A stretch of 64,000 bases of DNA, taken from an uncultured Desulfobulbus sp. (GTDB lineage Bacteria > Desulfobacterota > Desulfobulbia > Desulfobulbales > Desulfobulbaceae). Location: positions 18,270 to 82,269 of the forward strand of contig CAZJEX010000012.1 in NCBI GenBank assembly GCA_964545155.1, read 5' to 3'. The notes beneath the pieces are model-generated. The model saw only the letters and a program-made list of their open reading frames with translations, had not been told where the DNA came from and did no database searches. The first letter of the stretch is position 1, and every line of letters starts with the position of its first letter. The position numbers and the translations under genes were made by a program. Shown here in pieces: positions 56,731 to 64,000 of this stretch.

Positions 56731-58491
56731 CTATCTGTGCATGGTGTCCGCGGAATAAAGGTATCGTTTGATTTTGTGGGTGGCGGTTTTGACAAAAGGT
56801 TCCCGCCGTTCCATTACCCTCGACAGTCGGGAAGAAAGCGCCAGTTGCTCGTTCAGCCCGGTTCGCATTTCTTCCAGGAGCGAGGCGATGTATTGATGGC
56901 GCTGGGTGCGGTTCTGGCCCACGGTTTTGCTGTCGATGAATTCATAGTCGGGATACACCCAAGCTTCGAGAATCCCCCGATTTTCAACCACCAGCGACTC
57001 CACCACAAAGGGAAAAGCGTTGATTTTATGTTCGATGGCCTCAGGGTAGACATTTTCGCCGTTGGAGAGGACAATGACCGACTTGGAGCGTCCTTTGATA
57101 AGCAGGTTGCCGGCTCCGTCGATAATTCCCAGGTCGCCGGTCCGAAGCCAGTCGTCTTCAGTGAAGGTGTCTTTGGTGGCCTCCGGATCGTTGAGGTACC
57201 CTTGCATGATGTTTCTCCCTCTGGCCTGAATCTCGCCAACCCCTGTTTCGGGATGGGGGTCGCTGATTCGCAATTCTACACGGGGAACCGGTTTGCCGGT
57301 GGAGCCGAAGCTGATGGTTGGGTCGCCATGGGGGCCTCCGGCAAGCAGCGGCGCGGCTTCGGTCAGGCCGTAGCCTACCAGGAAGGGGAAGCCGGAGTCG
57401 CGGAGGAAACGTTCCACTTCCGGATTCAAGGCCGCGCCGCCGATCCCCATCACCTGCAGGCGATTGCCGAAAAAGGCGGTCAGCTTGGCGCCGATTTTCC
57501 GGTAGATCATTTTTCGACTCATGCTGAAACGGCAGAAAAAGGTCAGCATCCGGCTTTTTTCCACCGCCGGCAATACTCGTTTCTTGAAGATTTTTTCGAT
57601 GATCAGCGGCACCACCAGCATCACATGGGGCTGCTCCCGCTCGCAGATTTTTTGCAGGATTGCCGGCGTGGGGGTCTTGCCGGCATAAGCCACCCGTGCC
57701 CCCCGGAGGAGGGGGAGGAGAAAGCCCACGGTAAATTCGTAGGTATGGGAAATGGGTAGGACGGAAAGAAAGACCCAGCCCGGGGCAATCTGCATGACTC
57801 CGTTGGCAGAATAGGTGTTGGCGCAGAGGTTGCCGTGGCTGAGGATGACCGCCTTGGAAAAACCCGAGGTGCCGGAGGTATACAGGATGGAAGCGATGTC
57901 GTCGGTGTTGACCGCCGGGAACTCCAATCGTTCGTCGCGGGCCTGGTCACCGAATTGCTCCAGGGCTTCGGCCAGGAAGGTGCTGAAGGTCTGGAGGGTA
58001 ATTAGTCCGGTGTCGTCAAGATAGTCGTCCAGGGTAATGACTTTTTTCAGCGGCATGTTGAAATCGTAAATCTTTTCGATCTGTCGCTGGGTAAGAAAAA
58101 TAACGTCGCCTTGCATCTCGCCGAGAATGTGATGGACGTCGGCTTCCGGCAGATCGGGGAAAATGGGCACAGCCTGGGCGCCGAGCCGGACCACGGCCAG
58201 GTAGGCAGTCGCCCAGTTGTGGGAATTTTCGCCCAACAGCGCCACTCTGTGCCCATGTTTAACGCCGATTCCGCGCAGGTGCGCTGCAAGGGCAAGGACG
58301 CGCTCGTGGAAGGTCTTGTACGTCAGCGGTTCTTCCAGGGCCATGCCGATCGCCGGTAATAAGCGAAATTTTCGGCAACTGATGTCGATCAGGTCATTGA
58401 GGGTGGCGGCGTTTTCCTGAATAACCGGAAGTCGTTCATGGTATTCCTGGTCAGGGGTCTCGCGGTCAGTCGTTTCTGCTGGTGCCTGCAT
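56731..58491 (-). CDS. fadD: Long-chain-fatty-acid--CoA ligase (AMP-dependent synthetase)
   Basis: AMP-binding motif ILYTSGTSGFSKAV, GYGLTE, and TGDLG...GRSKSVIVLSNGENVYPEAIE. Confidence 0.85.
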   Translation of the reverse strand: MQAPAETTDRETPDQEYHERLPVIQENAATLNDLIDISCRKFRLLPAIGMALEEPLTYKTFHERVLALAAHLRGIGVKHGHRVALLGENSHNWATAYLAVVRLGAQAVPIFPDLPEADVHHILGEMQGDVIFLTQRQIEKIYDFNMPLKKVITLDDYLDDTGLITLQTFSTFLAEALEQFGDQARDERLEFPAVNTDDIASILYTSGTSGFSKAVILSHGNLCANTYSANGVMQIAPGWVFLSVLPISHTYEFTVGFLLPLLRGARVAYAGKTPTPAILQKICEREQPHVMLVVPLIIEKIFKKRVLPAVEKSRMLTFFCRFSMSRKMIYRKIGAKLTAFFGNRLQVMGIGGAALNPEVERFLRDSGFPFLVGYGLTEAAPLLAGGPHGDPTISFGSTGKPVPRVELRISDPHPETGVGEIQARGRNIMQGYLNDPEATKDTFTEDDWLRTGDLGIIDGAGNLLIKGRSKSVIVLSNGENVYPEAIEHKINAFPFVVESLVVENRGILEAWVYPDYEFIDSKTVGQNRTQRHQYIASLLEEMRTGLNEQLALSSRLSRVMERREPFVKTATHKIKRYLYSADTMHR

Positions 58492-58663
58492 GGTTCTCTC
58501 CCGATCCGGTCAATAGGCCTGTCGATATGCTCGTCGCGAATTTGTTTACCATAACAACCGGCGACTTTCAAAGAAAACGGGTAATTCGCTTGACAGGGTA
58601 CGAAAAGAGATATTAGATTTCCGCCACCGAACCTATACTCTCAACCGCCTGTGCACCCATATA

Positions 58664-59866
58664 ATGCAACGATTTTTCTCGCTTCTTTTGTTTGTTGTCT
58701 TCAGTCTCGTTTTCCTGTTCCAGCCGATGGCGGCCGCGCAGGGGGCGCAATCCGTATCGCGGGGTGATTCCCAAGAGAAGGCGGCAGTCTCCAAGTCGGG
58801 GCAAGAGGACGTGGCGGGGAAAAAGAGCTCTAAGCCAACGGTCAAAGCCACAGCGGTGCAGCCCACCTTGAAAACAAAAAGCACCAAAACGCAGCAGGTT
58901 GTCAAAGGCGTTGCCCCTGCCAAGAAAAGCAGTGCCCAAGCCTCAAAAAAACAGGCTGTGGTGGCGAAGCGAACCGCCGTGCCGCCAGAGGTCGTGGCCC
59001 GGAAAGTTTCTGCCAAGCCGGTGTCGGTTGCGCCTCCACGCAAGGCCGTAAACGACGATGACGATGACGACGATGCAGATGCTGTGTCGGATCATCTCAC
59101 CCAGATTAGCTCCAAAAGTTTTATGGTGATGGATGCCGGTTCCGGTGCGACGCTTTTGGCCAGGGCGCCGGACAGCCCACGGCAACCGGCCTCCACCATC
59201 AAAATCGTTACCGCGATGATTGCCCTGAAGTCATTGAAATATGATGATACCGTCAGCGTCAGTTCCCGGGCCTCCGGAATGCCAAGCTCGAAAATATACC
59301 TCGATCCCAAGCAGAACTACCGGGTAAACGATCTGATCAATGCCGTGATGCTGGCCTCAGCCAACGACGCCAGTGTCGCCTTGGCGGAAAAAATAGCCGG
59401 AACCGAGGACCGATTCGCCAATCTCATGACCCTGAGTGCCAGGATCTGGGGGGCGCAAAACACCATCTGCCGGACAGCGTCCGGTTTGACCGCGGAGGGG
59501 CAGCACTCGACCGCGAGGGATCTTGCCAATCTCTTTCGTTACGCCATGCAGCACGACGAATTCGCTCAAAGGATGCATGAAAAGCAAATATCTACCTCCT
59601 ATGGCAAGACGCTGCTCAATCATAATAAGGCGCTCTGGCGAGTGAACGGGGCTGTCGCTGGCAAAACCGGCTACACCGTTGCCGCCCGTCAGACGTATGT
59701 CGGACAGTTTTCCCGTGGGGGGGGCGTCGTCGTGGTCGCCATCATGGGCAGTGAAACCATGTGGGCGGATCTGAAGAAACTTGTCGATTATGGCTTTTCA
59801 AAGAAGGAGCAATTGGCCCAATCTCGATTCAACGGCAATTCGCAAAATACCGCCTCGGTCAATTAG
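58664..59866 (+). CDS. D-alanyl-D-alanine carboxypeptidase (serine peptidase S11, PBP5-like) with Lys/Ala-rich and poly-Asp N-terminal linker
   Basis: Signal peptide MQRFFSLLLFVVFSLVFLFQPMAAA, SxxK (ASTIKIV), SxN (SANDAS) and KTG (GKTGYT). Confidence 0.85.
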   Translation: MQRFFSLLLFVVFSLVFLFQPMAAAQGAQSVSRGDSQEKAAVSKSGQEDVAGKKSSKPTVKATAVQPTLKTKSTKTQQVVKGVAPAKKSSAQASKKQAVVAKRTAVPPEVVARKVSAKPVSVAPPRKAVNDDDDDDDADAVSDHLTQISSKSFMVMDAGSGATLLARAPDSPRQPASTIKIVTAMIALKSLKYDDTVSVSSRASGMPSSKIYLDPKQNYRVNDLINAVMLASANDASVALAEKIAGTEDRFANLMTLSARIWGAQNTICRTASGLTAEGQHSTARDLANLFRYAMQHDEFAQRMHEKQISTSYGKTLLNHNKALWRVNGAVAGKTGYTVAARQTYVGQFSRGGGVVVVAIMGSETMWADLKKLVDYGFSKKEQLAQSRFNGNSQNTASVN

Positions 59867-59915
59867 TTCAGCCCGTGTTCTTTTGCAACAGCAAGCGTTG
59901 CTGGTGGTTCACAAT

Positions 59916-59947
59916 AAAAAAGGCCTGCATTGATGCAGGCCTTTTTT
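59916..59947. terminator. Bidirectional rho-independent terminator
   Basis: AAAAAAGGCCTGCA-ttga-TGCAGGCCTTTTTT lies between the convergent carboxypeptidase and response-regulator genes. Confidence 0.85.
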
Positions 59948-59972
59948 GTTGTGAATGTATTTGAAGCGTTCG

Positions 59973-60344
59973 CTATTCGGTCGCGATCAGCTGCTTCACC
60001 ATTGCAATTAGCGTATCCCGCTTGAATGGTTTTTCCAAGGTGGCAATGTCTCCCAGATATCCAGCCATGGTCAGGTATCGTTCCGCCTTGATGGCCCCCC
60101 CGCCCGAAATAGCCAGCACTTTGAGGTCTGGATAGTCGCGCACCAACTCCATAATGAATTTCAGTCCGTCTTTGACCGGCATGATCATATCGGTGATGAC
60201 CAGATCAAAGGTGTACCTGCCAACAAGGGATAAACCTTCTTCGCCATTCTCGGCAGTATGGACAGTGTATCCTTCCTGTTCGAGCATCAGGGTGAGCATG
60301 GTACGTATTTGTGTCTCGTCGTCAACGACCAGAATCCGCTTCAA
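59973..60344 (-). CDS. Single-domain response regulator (CheY-like receiver)
   Basis: MKRILVVDDE, FDLVITDMIMP, VLAISGGG and KPF motifs in 123 aa. Confidence 0.85.
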   Translation of the reverse strand: MKRILVVDDETQIRTMLTLMLEQEGYTVHTAENGEEGLSLVGRYTFDLVITDMIMPVKDGLKFIMELVRDYPDLKVLAISGGGAIKAERYLTMAGYLGDIATLEKPFKRDTLIAMVKQLIATE

Positions 60345-60441
60345 GGGAACACCTATTGCCTGTAGAGAGGAGGTATATTTTACTTAGTAAATATACTACA
60401 AGTTAACCCCCTCTGATTCAATAGCTTTTTTCCCTGGAGTG

Positions 60442-61377
60442 TTATTTTTCATTTCGGCATAATCGGCCGAAACCACCAGGGATGGTGCCGGATGACCAGA
60501 ACGCTCGCCCTTGTTTATAATCGACAAACCATTGCCCCCCCGGTTTTCTGACCGCATCGACAAAGACAAACGGTTGTTCCCCTGAGAAACAGCAGTGTAA
60601 GTACTGGTCGTTGGCTAATTTTTCGTTTTCCAGCAGTGACAGGGCTTCCGCCATGGAAGGCAGGCGCCAATTACTGTAGCCGGCAAATTGTTCCTGGTTG
60701 ATCCGCGTCACTTCACGCTTCATCGATCGGTTGCTCATGATGTCGGTTCCGGCCCGCTGCCACATCAGGCCTGTAACCCGATCCGACACGGTCAGGCCGT
60801 CCCCGTTGTCGACCAGGGCATGGGGGAAGGCGCCCCGTGGGTTGCGCTCCTGCTCGGCGAAATTATACCTAGCCGCCAAGGCGACGACGTCCTCCTCGCT
60901 CATTTCAGCAGGTTCATGGGGTAAGGAAAAGGTGAGTGGGAGGGGCAGTTTAGCGTCTCTTCCGGGAAGACCGGTAGCGGCCAGAGGTTTGCCAATCGGC
61001 AGTTCCAGCGGAATCACTTTTGAGTCGTCGTCGGTTTCGATGATATGGTCAATCAGCCATTTTTTGATTTGCTCATTGATGGGATGGGTCCGTTCGAACA
61101 AGGCCACCTTCCCCTGCTCATTGACACACTGTTGCACCATTTCCGGAGGGGCCAGAATTTCAGCGACCACCCGCGCATGTTTAATGCCCCGTTCCATCAG
61201 GCAAAGTTTGGGTACTTCGTCCCAGGCGTCGATAAAAAAATAGTACACCCGCTCCTTTTTACTGCGTACCCTTTCTATGCCCCCCCAGCTCTCATAGGTG
61301 CCGAAGGTGAATTCCGGGGTCATCTCCCAGTCGATGGCCGGTGTTCCTGTTAGCAGCAATTTTGTAAATAAACCCAT
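60442..61377 (-). CDS. Hypothetical protein: unknown N-terminal domain + C-terminal DUF1566 (Lcl C-terminal) domain
   Basis: The true start is ATG 61377 (MGLFTKLL) after GAGGAGG. The upstream part of ORF 60442..61542, with its poly-Ile run, is AT-rich intergenic DNA. The C-terminus VSDRVTGLMWQR....YSNWRLPSMAEALSLL is DUF1566-like. No signal peptide is present. Confidence 0.65.
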   Translation of the reverse strand: MGLFTKLLLTGTPAIDWEMTPEFTFGTYESWGGIERVRSKKERVYYFFIDAWDEVPKLCLMERGIKHARVVAEILAPPEMVQQCVNEQGKVALFERTHPINEQIKKWLIDHIIETDDDSKVIPLELPIGKPLAATGLPGRDAKLPLPLTFSLPHEPAEMSEEDVVALAARYNFAEQERNPRGAFPHALVDNGDGLTVSDRVTGLMWQRAGTDIMSNRSMKREVTRINQEQFAGYSNWRLPSMAEALSLLENEKLANDQYLHCCFSGEQPFVFVDAVRKPGGQWFVDYKQGRAFWSSGTIPGGFGRLCRNEK

Positions 61378-61449
61378 TGTTTCCTCCTCAGCGATTTGTA
61401 AAACATGGACAATCAAGTATGATAGGTATGGTACTATGTTAAGTTTAAT

Positions 61450-61468
61450 TATAATGATAATTATTATT
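61450..61468. promoter_or_regulatory. Fur-box-like operator (16/19 match to GATAATGATAATCATTATC) overlapping TATAAT hexamers on both strands
   Basis: TATAATGATAATTATTATT. The plus-strand TATAAT is at 61450-61455 and the minus-strand TATAAT at 61453-61448. It lies between divergent ATG 61377 and ATG 61477. Confidence 0.4.
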
Positions 61469-61476
61469 AATTCAAG

Positions 61477-63576
61477 ATGAAAAAAACAATCCTGAAAAAA
61501 GCTGGTTCGCCGCTGCCCCTGGGAAGCACGATGACGCCCCAAGGGATTAATTTCGCCTTGTTTTCAAGGCATGCCCAAGCAGTGTCTCTGGTGATCGCCC
61601 CTGATCCTGACCGGCCCGAATGGATTGAGCTCCCGCTCGACCCAACCATTCATAAAACCGGGGATATCTGGCACGTTCTGCTCTGTGATGTTGCACCGGA
61701 GCTTCGGTACGGCTACAGGATAAGCGGTCCTGCTGACCCTGGTGGCAAGGGGCACGCCTTTGTCCCGGATCGCATCCTGCTTGACCCGTATGCCAAGGAA
61801 ATCCATTCGCCCGGCTGGGGGCGGCAGCGCACCTGTCTGGGTACGGAGCCCTGCTGTCTGATCGACCAGCATCGCTACGACTGGGAAGAGGATCGGCCGC
61901 TTAGGATTCCCCTGCAGGATTCCATTATCTACGAATTGCATGTCCGGGGTTTCACCCAACATTCTTCCTCGAAAGTGTCGTGTCCTGGGACGTTCCGGGG
62001 GCTCACCGAAAAGATCGGCTATCTCAAGCGGCTGGGGATCACGGCGGTGGAGTTGATGCCGGTCACCGAGTTCAATGAAAACGAAACCACTTTCATCAAT
62101 CCTGCGACCGGTGAGCGGCTGAGAAATTTTTGGGGCTACAGTCCGCTTTCTTTCTTTGCGCCCAAAACTGGGTACAGTAGTGATGCCGAAGCACCACTCA
62201 ACGAATTCCGCGACATGGTCAAGGCGTTGCACCGGGCCGGGATCGAGGTTATTCTCGATATTGTCTACAATCATACCGCCGAAGGCGGGGCCGATGGTCC
62301 CACCACCAGTTTCCGCGGGATCGACAACACCATCTATTACCTGCTCGACCCCTGGACCAGGGCCTATCTCAATTTCTCCGGCTGCGGCAACACCTGCAAC
62401 TGCAACCACCCCATTGTCCGTAAGCTGATCATGGACGCCCTGCGCTGGTGGGTCGTGGAAATGCATGTGGACGGATTCCGCTTCGACCTGGCCTCGATCC
62501 TCGGCCGAGATGCCAACGGTCAAGTCTTGGCCAATCCCCCGGTGGTGGAGATGATCGCCGAGGACCCGGTGCTCGCCGACGTCAAAATCATTGCCGAAGC
62601 CTGGGATGCGGCCGGGTTGTACCAGGTGGGCAGCTTTTCTCCCCATCACCGCTGGGCCGAATGGAACGGGCGCTTTCGTGACGATGTCCGCGCCTTCATG
62701 TGCGGCCATCCCGGTATGGTACCGGCGTTGGCCACCCGCATTGCTGGCAGTTCGGATCTCTACCAGCGTTATGATCGGCGGCCCTGCAATTCGATCAATT
62801 TCATAACCAGTCACGACGGGTTTACCCTGGCTGATTTGGTCAGTTACAATCAAAAACACAATCTGAGCAACGGCGAGGACAACCGGGACGGCGATAATAA
62901 CAACCTCAGCTGGAACAGCGGCGTCGAGGGCCCTGCCGCCAATAAGGCCATTCTGGCGCTGCGATCCCGGCGAATTCGCACCATGGCCGTCATCCTTTTC
63001 CTTTCCCAGGGGGTGCCGATGCTGGTCGCCGGCGACGAATTCCGCCGCAGTCAGCAGGGGAACAACAATGCCTGGTGCCAGGATAATCCGATCAGCTGGA
63101 TCGACTGGGACCTGGCCGTCAAAAACCGGGGCCAATTGCGTTTTTTCCGCAAGTTGATCCAACTGCGCAAATCGCACCCAATCTTTAAGCGCTCCGATTT
63201 TTTCCAGGTCCACGACGGTGTCGCCGAACCCGCTGCTATCCCGGAAATAATCTGGCAGGGGCTTCGTCCGGGGGAGCAGGACTGGTCGCCTGAATGCCGG
63301 ACGCTGGCCTTCCTCCTCTACGGGGCCACCCTTGGAGAGCAGGAAGATGACGATTTTTTGGTGATGCTCAACGGCAGCCCCACGGAACCGGCGCTGTTCA
63401 CGGTTCCCGAGCCCTCGGGCAACCGTACCTGGGTGCGCATCATCGACACCGGTCAACCGCCGCCGTTTGACTTTGTTGACCTGGAGCAGGGGGGTAAGGT
63501 AGAGTGCGGCTCCACTCTTTCCGTAACCAGCATGGGTTGTGTGGTGCTGCAGTCCGTGCCGACCGAGGTGACTTGA
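61477..63576 (+). CDS. glgX: Glycogen debranching enzyme (GH13, isoamylase-type)
   Basis: PLGSTMTPQGINFALFS, IYELHVRGFT, VILDIVYNHT, GFRFDLA, AEAWD and FITSHDGFTL conserved GH13/GlgX regions. Confidence 0.92.
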   Translation: MKKTILKKAGSPLPLGSTMTPQGINFALFSRHAQAVSLVIAPDPDRPEWIELPLDPTIHKTGDIWHVLLCDVAPELRYGYRISGPADPGGKGHAFVPDRILLDPYAKEIHSPGWGRQRTCLGTEPCCLIDQHRYDWEEDRPLRIPLQDSIIYELHVRGFTQHSSSKVSCPGTFRGLTEKIGYLKRLGITAVELMPVTEFNENETTFINPATGERLRNFWGYSPLSFFAPKTGYSSDAEAPLNEFRDMVKALHRAGIEVILDIVYNHTAEGGADGPTTSFRGIDNTIYYLLDPWTRAYLNFSGCGNTCNCNHPIVRKLIMDALRWWVVEMHVDGFRFDLASILGRDANGQVLANPPVVEMIAEDPVLADVKIIAEAWDAAGLYQVGSFSPHHRWAEWNGRFRDDVRAFMCGHPGMVPALATRIAGSSDLYQRYDRRPCNSINFITSHDGFTLADLVSYNQKHNLSNGEDNRDGDNNNLSWNSGVEGPAANKAILALRSRRIRTMAVILFLSQGVPMLVAGDEFRRSQQGNNNAWCQDNPISWIDWDLAVKNRGQLRFFRKLIQLRKSHPIFKRSDFFQVHDGVAEPAAIPEIIWQGLRPGEQDWSPECRTLAFLLYGATLGEQEDDDFLVMLNGSPTEPALFTVPEPSGNRTWVRIIDTGQPPPFDFVDLEQGGKVECGSTLSVTSMGCVVLQSVPTEVT

Positions 63577-64000
63577 TGATTCAATTATTGATGCTTGGCG
63601 ATTCGCTGTTGGAATGGGGCGACTGGCAAAAATTTCTGCCCGGGGTTGCGGTGATCAACCGGGGGATTGCCGGCGAGATGACCGACGAACTGGCGGTTCG
63701 TCTGATGGATGAGATCGATAGCTGTCCCGATCCCGATGTTATTTTAGTGCAGTCCGGCACCAATAATCTGCTTTCCGGCGAGGTGTTTTTCCCCGCCATA
63801 TTTGCCACCATGATGCCGCGTCTGCGGATGTTTTATCCGCAATGCCCCTTGATCCTCTGCTCGCTGATGCCGATGCCGATTGTCCCGGCCGCGGAGATCG
63901 AACAGGTCAACCGCCAGTTGGCGCAGGTGGCGGCCGATACCCCGAACTGTACCTTTCTCGACATGGTTGGACCTTTTATTGAGCGATGCCTGCCGATCAC
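63576..64000 (+). CDS. SGNH/GDSL-family hydrolase (partial, 3' end off-window)
   Basis: This gene is absent from the ORF track because no stop falls in the window. ATG 63576 overlaps the glgX TGA (TGATG). The translation MIQLLMLGDSLLEWGDW...NRGIAGE...VQSGTNN gives SGNH blocks I to III. Confidence 0.7.
   Translation, partial: MIQLLMLGDSLLEWGDWQKFLPGVAVINRGIAGEMTDELAVRLMDEIDSCPDPDVILVQSGTNNLLSGEVFFPAIFATMMPRLRMFYPQCPLILCSLMPMPIVPAAEIEQVNRQLAQVAADTPNCTFLDMVGPFIERCLPI

Noticed and set aside
61378-61542. The N-terminal extension of the DUF1566 ORF, with a poly-isoleucine run (IIIIIIII).
   Set aside because: The poly-Ile run is simply the translation of the pure A/T divergent promoter region. A strong GAGGAGG-ATG start lies at 61377.
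1-64000. CRISPR arrays, rRNA genes, IS elements/transposases, prophage genes, and known defence systems (RM, TA, CBASS, Thoeris-like).
   Set aside because: No spaced direct-repeat arrays were seen, and no rRNA-like sequence. None of the CDS translations show transposase/DDE, Cas, restriction-methylase, TIR/SIR2 or toxin-antitoxin signatures. RecBCD is interpreted as the housekeeping repair complex.

Overview
This is a GC-rich (roughly 57-60% by eye), gene-dense chromosomal segment. Gene content suggests an anaerobic Desulfobacterota (delta-proteobacterial, Desulfobulbales-like) genome, but that placement is inference only. Almost all of the window is core metabolism and housekeeping.

Gene order:
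- 1-4.5 kb: a GntR-type regulator, GlcD/GlcF-type glycolate or D-lactate dehydrogenase, and a HIBADH-family reductase.
- 4.6-6.6 kb: a lone CheY-like regulator and metY.
- 6.6-13.9 kb, minus strand: a VKOR-thioredoxin fusion, then one compact operon gcvT-gcvH-gcvPA-gcvPB-lipB-lipA.
- 14.3-17.8 kb: tpx, an ADP-ribosylglycohydrolase, and an uncharacterised EF-hand-rich protein.
- 17.9-26.4 kb: recC-recB-recD with overlapping gene junctions.
- 26.6-34 kb: a hybrid histidine kinase, a YpsA/SLOG-family gene, mepK-like, a variant Fe-S UDG, ftsB, a DUF523 gene and tatC.
- 34-41.4 kb: serS, ddl, rpsU, xerD, a PAS histidine kinase, an MBL hydrolase and dut.
- 41.5-51.6 kb, minus strand: the translation superoperon tRNA-Gly(CCC)-rimP-nusA-ylxR-infB-rbfA-nrnA-truB-rpsO-pnp.
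- 51.9-64 kb: a DHH-CBS-poly(A) polymerase/CCA-type fusion enzyme, an M50 protease, fadD-fadL, a PBP5-like carboxypeptidase, a DUF1566 protein plus CheY-like regulator, glgX and a partial SGNH hydrolase.

I found one tRNA. I found no rRNA, CRISPR array, IS element, transposase or prophage, and no convincing multi-gene defence or novel system.

The observations most worth a second look are modest:
- Two conserved genes (the SLOG/YpsA-like gene and xerD) encode family-defining N-termini upstream of any ATG/GTG/TTG, which implies CTG or other non-canonical initiation.
- A 16/19 match to the classical Fur box overlaps both -10 hexamers of the glgX / DUF1566 divergent promoter.
- An orphan cytoplasmic EF-hand-module protein sits next to an orphan ADP-ribosylglycohydrolase.
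- A UDG-superfamily protein carries a non-canonical motif A.
- The gcv operon is lipoylation-equipped and has no lpd in the window.

All functional calls come from motif recognition by eye. No database searches were run.
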